64,000 bases of DNA from contig BROI01000012.1 in assembly GCA_027923505.1 (NCBI GenBank), positions 62,001-126,000 on the forward strand, given 5' to 3'. The first letter of the stretch is position 1. Each line of letters begins with the position of its first letter. Made by a program: the position numbers and the translations under genes. The notes under the pieces were generated by a model, which saw only the letters and a list, made by a program, of their open reading frames with translations, did no database searches and was not told where the DNA came from. Origin of the DNA: Mayamaea pseudoterrestris (lineage: Eukaryota). Of the stretch, positions 9,449-20,867 are shown one piece after another.

Positions 9449-11470
9449 ATGGCTGACGCTCCTCCTGTCCCTCACGCCATTGGGGGCCCCGCCGGCATCT
9501 CGACCAACGCCTCGCTCCTCGACTTCTTCACCTCGCCGACCAACGACGCCCTTCGCGGCAACAGCCGCGCGTGGATCGAGCAGCTCGACCCACTTGTCCA
9601 TGACTACGACGGCGCTGACATTCTCGAACGAATCGTCAGCGTGCCTCCGACGCGCGCCGGCGCTTACATCCGTTACCATCGCACGGAACCAGGCGACACG
9701 ATCGGGACGATCAAGGTTTACACTGGCTTTCAGCAGTACGTCGCAGGCCTCGTCATGACGCCCCTCGACGGGCGAGTCTACGCCACGCTGGGCGACCTCC
9801 GCGCACCGGCCATGCCAGTGTACGCCCATCGTGAACGCCCCGATTGCCGGCACCCGGCTCGGAGCCAGGGTACGACCCAAGCCGGGCCTGGCGGACCGGG
9901 GTTCGCGGCATGGCGGTCAGCGAGTGCCCGCACCACGCGCGGTGGCGAGCCCGGCGCGGAGCGGCACCGACGCGCAGGATCTGCGATATACGACACGAAC
10001 CCGCCCCGCACCGCGTGTTGCATCGCGCCGCCAGCTATTACAATCCGAACTACTCGACTTTGCCTCGCCTGCGCCAGCCGCGCAACACGGCGTCGCCGCC
10101 ACAGGCGACGCAATCCCCGAAGGCGTGTCGCCGTGCATCGCATGTACCTTCCGCTGCCGGCGCCGCCTCAAGCACCAATCGACAGCATCCGACTGATGAC
10201 GCTCCTCGCTCAAGAACGCAGCGCATCACGCAAAGACGACACGGACCCCGCGACGCAACTCACCAAGACGTTCGGCGTAGGCGGCATGAACTTGCTGGGG
10301 CGCCTACTGGGAACGGACGACAGCGACGCGTGGCCGCCTATCTGGGCGGTCCTCGCGGGTAGCACCAGCGCCAACGCATTGAACAACTTGGCCGACGCCT
10401 ACCGCCAGTCGGGCGGACCAGGCTGCCGCCCCATCGCCACGCCAGCGCACTTGAGCCTCCTCAAGCACGTCGCGCTCGCGCCCGACAACATCAACGACCT
10501 GACGCAAGGCCTCCAGCCGTTTATCGTCGCCACGCTCGACACCAGCACCAACTCAGCATCGACTCGAACGGCCGAGATCCAAGCCAACGTGGAAGACCAC
10601 CAACTGGTCTTTGAAGGGGGCTCCGTGGACTTGCGCGACGCCCGCTCGTTCCGCGAGGCGAATCGCAAGATCTTCGCCCCGAACACCCCGACTCAGTTCC
10701 GCTCGCAGATGGAAGCCTACCTCAAGGTACTCAAGCAGGTACTAGGGGCGACGCACACGCTCACGGTAACAGTCGACACGTTCATGGTAATGTACCGAGA
10801 GAAGGAGCACGACTACGAAGGCTACCTCGGCCGCATTGAAAAAGGTCCAAGCAAGGCGATGCGTTGGATCCAGATCCGTGTCGGCCACTTCCTTCGCGAC
10901 TTGGCGGATGGAGCGCGGGACACGACAGCGCCAGCGCTTCTCAGTCTCCTCCGCATGTGGAACTACCAAGACCGCAGCTGGTACGACCTCGAGCTGCCGG
11001 GCCTCGGTCCGCGCACACCTGGGGCGCGGGGAGGCATCGTCGACGGCGGACCCTCGGACGACTCGACACTTTCGACAAGAGGAACGGGCACCCGCACGGG
11101 AGCGTCGCAAGGTGGCGGCGCGCCACGCAACGGCGGTGCCGCTCCAGGCTCAAGCGGCACGCAAGGCGGCGGCGGCGCAGGCGGCGGCGGCGGCGGCGGA
11201 GGCGGCACGCGCGAGGCCCTCCCGGCGGCCGACACACCTCCGGAACTCCTTGCCTTTCGCAACGCCCAGGAGCCGAATTTCCGCATTGGGAACATCACGG
11301 CCGGACGCGGCGCTTTCCCGGTACGCGACGACGGCACGCCGATGTGTCTAACCTACCATGTACGAGGCAGTTGCACGACAGCGTGCGCACGCCGCGCCGA
11401 CCATGGCCCCCATACGCCGACTGAGACGGCGCGCTTGGTGGCCTGGTGCCAGTCCGTGCCGTCCCCGTAG
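9449..11470 (+). CDS. Gag-like ORF1 of the YR retrotransposon with C-terminal CCCH-type zinc finger (probably internally frameshifted ~9830-10150)
   Basis: ATG just after repeat A1; Gly-rich linker; terminal MCLTYHVRGSCTTACARRADH motif. An Arg-rich stretch in the middle suggests compensating frameshifts. Confidence 0.75.
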   Translation: MADAPPVPHAIGGPAGISTNASLLDFFTSPTNDALRGNSRAWIEQLDPLVHDYDGADILERIVSVPPTRAGAYIRYHRTEPGDTIGTIKVYTGFQQYVAGLVMTPLDGRVYATLGDLRAPAMPVYAHRERPDCRHPARSQGTTQAGPGGPGFAAWRSASARTTRGGEPGAERHRRAGSAIYDTNPPRTACCIAPPAITIRTTRLCLACASRATRRRRHRRRNPRRRVAVHRMYLPLPAPPQAPIDSIRLMTLLAQERSASRKDDTDPATQLTKTFGVGGMNLLGRLLGTDDSDAWPPIWAVLAGSTSANALNNLADAYRQSGGPGCRPIATPAHLSLLKHVALAPDNINDLTQGLQPFIVATLDTSTNSASTRTAEIQANVEDHQLVFEGGSVDLRDARSFREANRKIFAPNTPTQFRSQMEAYLKVLKQVLGATHTLTVTVDTFMVMYREKEHDYEGYLGRIEKGPSKAMRWIQIRVGHFLRDLADGARDTTAPALLSLLRMWNYQDRSWYDLELPGLGPRTPGARGGIVDGGPSDDSTLSTRGTGTRTGASQGGGAPRNGGAAPGSSGTQGGGGAGGGGGGGGGTREALPAADTPPELLAFRNAQEPNFRIGNITAGRGAFPVRDDGTPMCLTYHVRGSCTTACARRADHGPHTPTETARLVAWCQSVPSP

Positions 11471-11949
11471 GGGGCCGGCAGGCCGTCGCCTGGCGCGCGA
11501 CGGTCACAGCCTGCAAGTCTTCGGGAGGGTCGTCAAGTGAGGCGGCGGATCGAAGAAGGCAGGAGTAGTCTAACTGAAAACCTAACTAGTCACATGTTTG
11601 TTCCAAACGCTAATCTAGGTAAGCCACCATTCGACGGAGCCGTTGGCAAACTGACCCAGCGCTCCACCACCACGTTACGCAGACGCCGTGCTGCACCGAC
11701 CCCGACATTCCGACCGACATTAGCGTCCATCTCCGAGTCCAGCGAGGAGACGCTCGACCCCTCGACACCGACAAGCGAAGTAGCGACTCGCGCCCCACCG
11801 ACATCCTTCGACGCATCACGCACGCCACCGCACACGCGCGGGGGTCCACGCGACGCACCTCCACGGCCATTGACACCCACGGCGCCTCGGCCGGCGCAAT
11901 TTCGCGACCCACCTCGGCGACCCTGAGTACGCGAAGCACACCACACGCT

Positions 11950-12460
11950 GCAGGCCTCCACGTCGTGGGAGGACTTTATCAATCGAGTACGCGACCCACC
12001 GGACCCTCGCCGACACGGTTGGCGACATTGACCATCCAGCGCGCCACCCTTTCACGCCACGCATCCAGTCCAACGCTGGTGTCCAGCGACAATAACCCCC
12101 CCACGGTACCATCACCAACAGCGACTTGGGAACTTGCCGGAAGCGTGGCGCACCACGACGTCATCGCCCAGCTGCGGACGTGGCCGAACATCCACAGCCT
12201 CCACGACAACGTCGCGCCGTCAGCTGGCACAACGTGGCTCCACGACCACCGTCGGCCCAGCCGCGTATCTTGCGCCTCCAAAGTTGGCACCAGCGTCATC
12301 TACCGCTATGTCCCGCGAACGACCACATTCCGGGCCCTTGTAACGTCATGGCCGACAGCGTCGCGCTACTGGGAAATTGTCTGACGATGAGTTTCTCACG
12401 CACTTTAACACCACTTACCCCAGAATTCTCATGGACACTCTGCCATCTGCGACACGCCAC
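11950..12460 (+). pseudogene. RT N-terminal stub fused to RNase H remnant (DIRS/Ngaro type)
   Basis: Across frames: SWEDFINRVRDP..DIDHPARH, then GTITNSDL-ELAGSVAHHDVIAQ, HDNV, GPAAYL-LRLQSWHQ, DHIPGPCNVMADS, LSDDEFLTHFNTTYP. No YxDD RT core is visible. Confidence 0.75.
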
Positions 12461-12542
12461 GAGCTCCGCGATCAGCTCCGCCTTTTGGCAGGCTGGCACG
12501 GCGTGTTTCTTCCACCGCCCGGTCCGCTGACACCGCCTGGCA

Positions 12543-13520
12543 GTGCTGACCGCCTTCTGCAACTCGCTACGGATTGGCGCCCACACTGCCCCATTGTTCC
12601 GACCCAATCCAACCCCTACTGGTATTCGCGCAGCTCTATCGATTCGGCGACATCGCACCTCGAGTCGACCCGTCCGGCTAGTACCGTGGATGACGCCCCC
12701 TTACGTGCCGCCAGGCGTTCGCCCTCATGGGGACCCGCGACATCCGGTACGACGCCAGGAAAAATCGACATTCGCCTCAACGCCTGCTCAAGTACTTTGG
12801 CCGCGCCGATCCGCCGCCGAATCGCGTCAAGCCCCCCCCCGATCGTATGTGCCCGTGTCCTCCGCTGCGCGCACCGCCGGCACGCTTACCCAAGCCGCCG
12901 ATATATCGCTAGCTTCTTTCTCCTCCGCCCGGCGAATACACTGGCGTCACAGTCGACCAACCGTTTTGGTTCTGCAATGTCCAGCTGTTCCACGCTGGCG
13001 GTCGATGGGATCTCGCCACTGCAACCTCGGCCGACATGGCCCGCTCCACTGGTTGCAGCCTGACTTTCACCACCCAAAAGAATGGTACGCGCGCGGGAGG
13101 TCGCCACGGCGTCACGGGGCGACCCCTCCTCTGCTCCTACTGGGCGCCATCATTCGCGCCTCCTTCACCTCCGCACACGCGGCCGACACTTACTACCCCG
13201 CTCGCCACCGTCCCATCTTCCCAAGCACTCACGCTACGCTCCGGCGACATCACCACAGCCCTTCGCGACACCGTGGTGTTGCCCGTCGGCTGTACTTCTT
13301 CCACGACCGACATTAACGCCCGCTCGCTTCTGGCGGCGGCGGCGCCTGCTCTACTCTGCTCCAACGTGGACTCCGACCGCATCCGCCCATTGGTCGCTGG
13401 CCACTCACGCCATGCTCCGCTACCTCCACGTTCAAGCACTGCCCGCCATGCACCACTACGCCCAACTCATGGTCGCTGGCGGCTATTCTAATGTTATTCC
13501 CAACCATTTCGGTTCCACTC
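12543..13520 (+). pseudogene. Tyrosine recombinase (YR) remnant
   Basis: Across frames: ASFFLLRP (Arg box), SLTFTTQKNG, INARSL..A.ALLCSNVDSDRIR, GRW, HAMLRYLHVQA (catalytic Tyr region). Confidence 0.8.
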
Positions 13521-14234
13521 ATGTAATTTCCTCGCTGCGCCCTCGCTGCGCTCACCGAGCTTTTCTTTCCCCGCGCTTCCTCCCGCTTCCCCACCCAGAC
13601 TTGTCGGCGGCCTGATTTCTCAGACTTCCTCCGGAAATGGGAGGCTGTTGGAGCGACACTGGGCCTGGGGGGTGGCAAGTAAAACTGCCTGTTAACACCA
13701 ACTCGTCTCTCCAACTAGCTAGCTGCCTAGATGGGCTGGATGACAGCAAGCCGGTATGTGCTGAGGACAAAGGACTGGCCATCATTCCGGTGCAGGGGGA
13801 AGAAAGCCGCACCGGACAATTGAACACCAAGAAGCACATGCACCTACTTGAGACTTTACCTGATACTGCCTTACTACGCTCCGCGCGGCGAAAGCCTCGC
13901 GACGTCGATTCTCGTCTCCTCATTCTGTTGCACGAAGTCAACTGCAGACATCCGAGTCAAGCAGTTCCAGTACTTCATTAGATAGTCTCATAAGCTTCAC
14001 CCTCCTCACCCACCCTCGTGACACTGGGCCTGGGGGGGCTGGCAAGTAAACTGCCTGTTAACACCAACTCGTCTCTCCAACTAGCTAGCTGCCTAGATGG
14101 GCTGGATGACAGCAAGCCGGTATGTCGGCTAGGACAAAGGACTGGCGGCCGATTCATGCGGCAAGCACAGGGCAACACAACACACTCAATAGCCCAAGCC
14201 ATGTCGGAGATTCAAGTTGTCAATCAGTCTCTGC

Positions 14235-15653
14235 GTTGTAGCGCAGCAAAAGGATGGCACCATTCGTGTAATTTGAACCTATACTCTTCAGGAAGCATGG
14301 CACGCGGGCTGAGACTGGTGACAAGTTGTCAACAAATACATTGCCATCCCCTGAGACACCAGTCAAGCCTATCATCTTGTAGCGCAGCCTGAAAAAGGAT
14401 GTTGGCACCATTCTGGTGTAATTTGGGCACCTATCGGGCTTGCTGTAGGGGTGTTTGAATGTCAAGGCACCTGCAGGATGAGATTGGTGACAAGTTGTCA
14501 CCAAATACATTGCCATCCCCTGAGACACCAACCAAGCCTACTTTCGTGTAGCGCAGCGTGAAAAAGGATGTTGGCACCATTCGGGTGTAATTTGGGAACC
14601 TACAGGGCTTGCTGTAGGGGCGTTTGAATGTCATGGCATCTGCGGGCTGAGACTGGTGACAAGTTGTCAACAAATACATTGCCATCCCCTGAGACACCAG
14701 TCAAGCCTATCATCTTGTAGCGCAGCCTGAAAAAGGATGTTGGCACCATTCTGGTGTAATTTGGGCACCTACAGGGCTTGCTGTAGGGGCATTTGAATGT
14801 CATGGCATCTGCGGGCTGAGACTGGTGACAAGTTGTCACCAAATACATTGCCATTGCGTGAGACACCAACCAAGCCTACCACATTGTAGCGCAGCCTGAA
14901 AAAGGATGTTGGCACCATTCGGGTGTAATTTGGGCACCTACAGGGCTTGCTGTAGGGGCGTTTGAATGTCATGGCATCTGCGGGCTGAGACTGGTGACAA
15001 GTTGTCAACAAATACATTGCCATCCCCTGAGACACCAGTCAAGCCTATCATCTTGTAGCGCAGCCTGAAAAGGATGTTGGCACCATTCTGGTGTAATTTG
15101 GGCACCTACCGGGCTTGCTGTAGGGGTGTTTGAATGTCAAGGCACCTGCAGGATGAGATTGGTGACAAGTTGTCACCAAATACATTGCCATCCCCTGAGA
15201 CACCAGCCAAGCCTACTTTCGTGTAGCGCAGCCTGAAAAAGGATGTTGGCACCATTCTGGTTTAATTTGGGCACCTACAGGGCTTGCTGTAGGGGCGTTT
15301 GAATGTCATGGCATCTGCGGGCTGAGACTGGTGACAAGTTGTCACCAAATACATTGCCATCCCCTGAGACACCAACCAAGCCTACCATCTTGTAGCGCAT
15401 CCTAAACAATGATGTTGGCACCATTCTGGTGTATTTTAGGCACCTACAGGGCTTGCTGAAGGGGCGTTTGAATGTCACGGCATCTGCAGGCTGAGACTGG
15501 TGACAAGTTGTCACCAGATACATTGCCATCCCCTGAGACACCAGCCAAGCATACCATCTTGTAGCGCAGCCTGAATAAAGATGCTGGCACCATTCTGGTG
15601 TAATTCGGGCACCTACAGGACCTGTTGTTGGGGCGTTTGAATGTCACGGCATC
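14235..15653. repeat. 169-bp tandem satellite (family A), ~8 units, first one degenerate
   Basis: Same unit and orientation as 1-1257. Confidence 0.96.
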
Positions 15654-16125
15654 CACTGTAGCACCATGGAGCTGGTTCCTGTGTGGATGTCTGGATTGCC
15701 CTCCCATACCATAGCTGCTAGGAAGCAGCTATGGATAATTTTTTTGCACAAATCTCACCGCAAGCATGTCCCCAAGCATGGCCACACAGAATGGATGGAG
15801 ACTTCAATTGGGAGTAGATTTGGAAGGCCATGCACTGTAGCACCATGGAGCTGGTACCTGTGTGGATGTCTAGATTGCCCTCCCACACCGTAGCTGCTAA
15901 GAAGCAGCTATGGATGATTTTTTTGCACCAATCTCACCGCAAGCATGTCCCCAAGCATGGCCACACAGAATGGATGGAGACTTCAATTGGGAGTAGATTT
16001 GGAAGGCCATGCACTGTAGCACCATGGAGCTGGTACCTGTGTGGATGTCTAGATTGCCCTCCCACACCGTAGCTGCTAAGAAGCAGCTATGGATGATTTT
16101 TTTGCACCAATCTCACCGCAAGCAT
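15654..16125. repeat. 179-bp tandem repeat (family B), ~2.6 units
   Basis: CACTGTAGCACCATGGAGCTGGT starts at 15654, 15833 and 16012. Confidence 0.93.
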
Positions 16126-16149
16126 AGCCAAAAGGATAAATGTAGCAAG

Positions 16150-16610
16150 TCTTCCCTTTAAACCCTCCAGTAAAATAACCAGGGTTGGGTGGGGTTTGGT
16201 GGTGGCTGGCAGTCAGGATGGCGTTCAGCTACTCAAACACACTCAATAGCCATAGCCATGGGCCATCCAGCTGTAATATGAGTCTCTGCGGCTGCTAGGC
16301 ATGCATAAAGGATGTAGGATGTGCAATCCATTCAATGGTATACCCTTTAAACCCTCAAGTAAAATGACCAGGGTTGGATTTAGCATGGGTTTCAGCTACT
16401 CAAACACACTCAATAGCCATAGCCATGGTCCAGCCAGATCCAATATGAGTCTTTGCGGTTGCTAGGCATGGGTTAAGGAAGTAGGATGTGCTGTCCCTTC
16501 TACCAGTGTGGTATACCTTCAAATCCTCCAGTAAAATGACTGGTGTTAGGTGGGGTTTGGTGGTGGCTGGCAGGCAGCATGGGTTTCAGCTACTCAAACA
16601 AACTCAATGG
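16150..16610. repeat. Degenerate ~170-190-bp tandem repeat (family C), ~2.5 units
   Basis: CCTTTAAACCCTC(C/A)AGTAAAAT and TTCAGCTACTCAAACAC/AAACTCAAT each recur three times. Confidence 0.75.
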
Positions 16611-17244
16611 TACACCTACAAACACAGTGACTGTGCAAAAGTAGTGTTTGATCCTCAAACTCAGGCTGGCCTATGAGTAGACAATATCTTCAGGGGGAAG
16701 CCACTTGTTACCCCCGACCTGGTCGCCAATGGTTTATGTGGTCCAAACTTCCACAATACTGGATCGGCGGTGCCACAAGAACCAATGACTCCCAGTAAAG
16801 AATGGTTCCAAGGCTTGGAAGTCCAAAAAAAGCGCGCGGGGTTCTCCTTGTGCGGCAATTGCTCAAAGGGAATCAAACTCTTCCAGCGGTGGCCTGTCAT
16901 GTCATTGTTTCTGTCAAGGTTAGAGCCTGAGACTACTGTGTGCATTGGTTTAAGAAAATAGATGATGGGCAATGGTGTAAGAAAATATCAGATTTAATAA
17001 TTTTAGTAATTTTAGAGTAAGTGACAATGGACATACCTTTGTGCAGTGCAGCTTGTGAAGATGAATCCTTGGAGTTTTTATGATTCCATGAACCTCTTAC
17101 TCGTACAATTCTTGTATGACATACCGGTATTTCGACACCTTGTTTCGTCCGTGATAGCTAGATTGTTCGCGGTAGGAAAAAATGGAAAATACATCGCTCC
17201 GCGACTCACGTTGACATCCTAAAGCCACACGACGACGACGACGA

Positions 17245-17455
17245 TGTTGGATCTAGAATATATCTTGCGCGCCCTTGAAGCGACACTAATGATTAAGCAG
17301 AACAGAGTCAATAAAACCACTTTACTTATTTTCTCCAAGAAGTGATCGTCCTCGATCCACTCCTTCGGTTGCCGCTTACCGCGCTTACTTAAATGTGACC
17401 GTCTTCGTGACGTCACCGCTGCCGCTTCGGTTTGGGTTCTCATCCATGCTCAACA
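17245..17455 (-). repeat. 3' LTR of Copia element 2
   Basis: Identical by eye to 22259-22469; preceded on the minus strand by the purine-rich AAAGGAGTG. Confidence 0.95.
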
Positions 17456-20400
17456 CACTCCTTTGGGCCGAGTAGTACTTACTGCTCGAGGCCAGATTCA
17501 TAACCAGGTTGCGGAGCTTGCCAAACTGGGCTCCCTGCAATGGTTTCGTGAAGAAATCCGCGACCATGTCTCCGGTCGGACAATGCTCAATGTTGACTTC
17601 ACCAGCTGCCACGCGATCTTTCACAAAGAAGTACCGAACATTCATGTGTCGCGTGCGCTTTGTACTTGAGCTTCTGCCATTCTTTTCCAACAGCATTGAA
17701 CTCATATTGTCTTGATACAATTTCGTGTCTTTGACCCCGAAACCTTGCGCCTTCAGAAAATATCCTGTCCACAGCAACTGCGGTAGCACATCATGAACTC
17801 CCACAACTTCGCTCTCCGTCGAGCTTCTTGTTACCAACTTCTGTTTAGCCGACGTACTGTACACTGATCCTTGGCCAAGTGTCATTGTTCCACCAGTGTG
17901 ACCCTTCATGTCTGGGTGCACCGCGTACGACGCATCCACCCACCACTGGACTATCCCGGACTGGTCCGCCTTCAGCGTCAACACCATGTCCACGCTTCCG
18001 CGTAAATATTTAATCACTCTTGCAGCCTTCTTATAGTCGTCTTCGTCAGGCTGCTGCAGCCTCGTGCTCAAGAAAGAAATCGCTGTGCGAATATCCGGTC
18101 GCGCTCGCTGACTCAGATACAGACACTGCATCACAATCGTCACAAAAATCTGCTTCTTCGCTTCGCTCAACATGACAGGATTTTCCGATATCTGAAACAA
18201 GTGACTGGCTGCCGGAGTAGCTGCCGTTCCATCCATGTCGTCTGGCGCATGATGCAGGATGTTCTTCACATAGTCAACCATGTTGATTGCTACTTCTCCA
18301 GGCTTAGTATAGTCCAATACCATGCCGAGGTAGTCGTGCACTTTTCCGCGTGACTTATTCATTGGAGTCTCCTTGCCAAACTCCTCATCCATCTGCGCGA
18401 TGAACTCATCCACTACGCTCACGTCGACGTGCGAAATCTTCAAATCGTCCACGTGCCATCCCACGGTGATTTGCTTCCCATTGACAATCTTGTTGCACAC
18501 ACACGGATCGTACGGGTTCTTCTCGAAGCCCCACTCAAGCAATTTTGCGGACAACTTCTCCCAGAATAGTCGCGCTGCTCGAAGCGTACCATAAAGCGCC
18601 ATGAGTAATTCAACATACATGACTTTCTCGCCATTCTCCATTGTGACGCAAGGCTCGTACATCTCGCGATCAATTTCCAACAGTAGCTCCACCATCTTCC
18701 CAGTGAAACGAACGTGCACCAACTCATCCATTTCCGCTTGCATGAAAGCACCCGGTACATCAACCACAGCAACCTCGCGCCCTTCCATAGCGTCAATGAT
18801 AGCTGTCAGAAAGATGGCCTCTGTCGCTATCGTTGGAGATGCTGCGTCTTCCTTTGCAGTGTATGCTCGTTGCTTGCGTCCATCCGCGCATCCGCGTCCC
18901 TTCACAGTCCCGCATCTCTTGCGCTTGAGAAACATCAAATACGCCAGAGCGTCCTTGCGCTGCTGCGGAGTCAGAGTGCATTGGGGGACTGCCTTCATGA
19001 CGTGCCTGTCGTGTAGCTGCTGCATTTCCTTGCGCACTGCCTCCACTCCAGCATCGCCAAAAGCCTTTAAACCTTGTCGCATATTCATCTGTGCCGTGAC
19101 GAGTGGCTCCGACACTTCCTCTGCAGCGTCGAGCGTGAACAAATGAGCGAACGAGCGAGGTTTGCGCGCACGCAGGCCATACCGACCAGTGCGTGGGCCA
19201 TAGCGCGCATCGAAATCCTCTTCGTCTGCAGCAGCTGGCACTCCTTCAATTTCGCCTTCATCGGGCACTCCTTCAATTTCGCCATCATCCACGGCTGGCG
19301 CGTCGTCAAGTTCGCCGTCAATGGCCTCACCATCCTCGTCGTTCGGCACTCCTTCGATTGCGCCGTCAGCACCATCGTCGTCGTCGTCGTCGTCATCGGT
19401 CGCATTCACTCCTTCGCTTCCGCCGGCAGAGTCGTCGTCACCGCGAGAAGCGTCGTCATCATAATCAGAGTCATCATCATCCTCGGCGTCATCTTCGTGC
19501 CACATGACTGGCTCAGCAGCCTCCGCAACACGGTGGCGGTCCATGAACACGATGCCCGGATTGGCCTTCTGTTGACGAGCGAGACGATGCACGCGCTCAA
19601 TGACATCATCAGGCATGGGCAAAGGCGTAGCGTGCCCACGATTCAGAACTTTGCCCGAAGACAAACTGAGGAAATAAAACCCACCCTGCACATTACCAGT
19701 CGGGCGCAGAGCCAGCGCACCGATCGTGCGCGCCTGCATGTCATTGCTGTGCGACTCATGCGTTTGCACATACTGACCAAATTCATACTTGCAATGCCGA
19801 TTAAAGTCAACTGTCTGACCAGTCACAATAGTGCGTGGACTGAGATCCTTCGAAATGCCACGCTCGTTCGGAAACGCATTCAACCAAAACACGGCAGACT
19901 TCGTCATTTCGATAACCAAGCGTGCCGGCACGTGCTTAAATGGCAACGTGTTGTACGTCGCGCGCACGCGTTCTTTAACGACACGGATAAAACGTTCAAT
20001 TTCGCCAACGTGTTCATCCTCAGATGTCGAATGAGGCGCGCCTCCGACATCAGCCAACGCGCCAAGCATTGGAGCGAACTCCCCATCCATCAGAGCCGCG
20101 ACGACACGGAACCCACCGCGTGCGTAAATCTTCAACACAGACTCGATTGCCTTCAACATAACCGGAAGCGTACGGTTTTGAATCACCTCAACCGTAGCAA
20201 AACGAATGCTGCGGGAGAACGTCACCAACATAGGGACTTTGTTGATATACATGATGTCAGCACAAAGAGTAACGTCTCGATAGCGACTCATGATAGCCGG
20301 TGGAAGCTGCTCAACAATCGCAGGCTTCACCAGATGCGACGCGCGACGCGTCGTCTTTCCTTTTAACGAGCCAACATCTGGTCCAAAGATGTGCTCAGCA

Positions 20401-20867
20401 GCCAGGATGTCGGCCTTCGTCACAGGACAGTTCGGCAACTGATTGCTAGTAACGATGCGCAGGTAATCCTTGAGGCTTGGCCGTCCAATTTTGATTTGCA
20501 GTTCCCTAGCTCTAACAGCGCGTAAATAGTCATCATTGGTGTAGTTAGTACGGTTATCGTCTACCGTAGTCAACATCGCCACTCCATCCTTGACATCGCT
20601 GCGCTTGCCCTTCGAAAAGCTCTCGCAAACATACAGCCCAGAGTCAGTCTCGACAAACTCTCGCTGCTTACCATCCGGCTTCTCCACAACGAACATTGAC
20701 GATCCACGCCGTGCCTGAGATACTCCACGGTAAACTTCTTGCGGACTTGCGCCAAACTCAAACTGTTCGCCAGTCCACGCGGATACCACCACACCGGACC
20801 ATAGCCCTCCAGGTCGCCCATCATGTTCGTCCTTACTGTACCAGCGTTGCACTTGATCACCATCCAC
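17385..20867 (-). CDS. pol: Copia Pol (integrase, RT, RNase H); true coding frame starts ~20720 after a frameshift
   Basis: Integrase LCADIMY/LMDGEF/EHVGEIER; RT ALYGTLRAA, WHVDDLKISH; RNase H WWVDASYA, SSTESE, YQDNMS, VADFFTKPLQG. Confidence 0.94.
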   Translation of the reverse strand: MDGDQVQRWYSKDEHDGRPGGLWSGVVVSAWTGEQFEFGASPQEVYRGVSQARRGSSMFVVEKPDGKQREFVETDSGLYVCESFSKGKRSDVKDGVAMLTTVDDNRTNYTNDDYLRAVRARELQIKIGRPSLKDYLRIVTSNQLPNCPVTKADILAAEHIFGPDVGSLKGKTTRRASHLVKPAIVEQLPPAIMSRYRDVTLCADIMYINKVPMLVTFSRSIRFATVEVIQNRTLPVMLKAIESVLKIYARGGFRVVAALMDGEFAPMLGALADVGGAPHSTSEDEHVGEIERFIRVVKERVRATYNTLPFKHVPARLVIEMTKSAVFWLNAFPNERGISKDLSPRTIVTGQTVDFNRHCKYEFGQYVQTHESHSNDMQARTIGALALRPTGNVQGGFYFLSLSSGKVLNRGHATPLPMPDDVIERVHRLARQQKANPGIVFMDRHRVAEAAEPVMWHEDDAEDDDDSDYDDDASRGDDDSAGGSEGVNATDDDDDDDDGADGAIEGVPNDEDGEAIDGELDDAPAVDDGEIEGVPDEGEIEGVPAAADEEDFDARYGPRTGRYGLRARKPRSFAHLFTLDAAEEVSEPLVTAQMNMRQGLKAFGDAGVEAVRKEMQQLHDRHVMKAVPQCTLTPQQRKDALAYLMFLKRKRCGTVKGRGCADGRKQRAYTAKEDAASPTIATEAIFLTAIIDAMEGREVAVVDVPGAFMQAEMDELVHVRFTGKMVELLLEIDREMYEPCVTMENGEKVMYVELLMALYGTLRAARLFWEKLSAKLLEWGFEKNPYDPCVCNKIVNGKQITVGWHVDDLKISHVDVSVVDEFIAQMDEEFGKETPMNKSRGKVHDYLGMVLDYTKPGEVAINMVDYVKNILHHAPDDMDGTAATPAASHLFQISENPVMLSEAKKQIFVTIVMQCLYLSQRARPDIRTAISFLSTRLQQPDEDDYKKAARVIKYLRGSVDMVLTLKADQSGIVQWWVDASYAVHPDMKGHTGGTMTLGQGSVYSTSAKQKLVTRSSTESEVVGVHDVLPQLLWTGYFLKAQGFGVKDTKLYQDNMSSMLLEKNGRSSSTKRTRHMNVRYFFVKDRVAAGEVNIEHCPTGDMVADFFTKPLQGAQFGKLRNLVMNLASSSKYYSAQRSVLSMDENPNRSGSGDVTKTVTFK

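Larger units (their letters stand above)
9224..14146 (+). mobile_element. Tyrosine-recombinase retrotransposon (Ngaro/PAT-type split direct repeats A1...B1-A2-B2), RT deleted and frameshifted
   Basis: A1 9224-9441 = A2 13782-13999 (218 bp, ~3 mismatches); B1 13655-13779 ~ B2 14020-14146. Internal gag-like ORF, RNase H remnant and YR remnant. Confidence 0.9.

Noticed and set aside
9480..13714. Numerous overlapping Arg/Ala/Pro-rich ORFs within the YR element
   Set aside because: Expected from very high GC content; only the gag, RNase H and YR frames carry family motifs.
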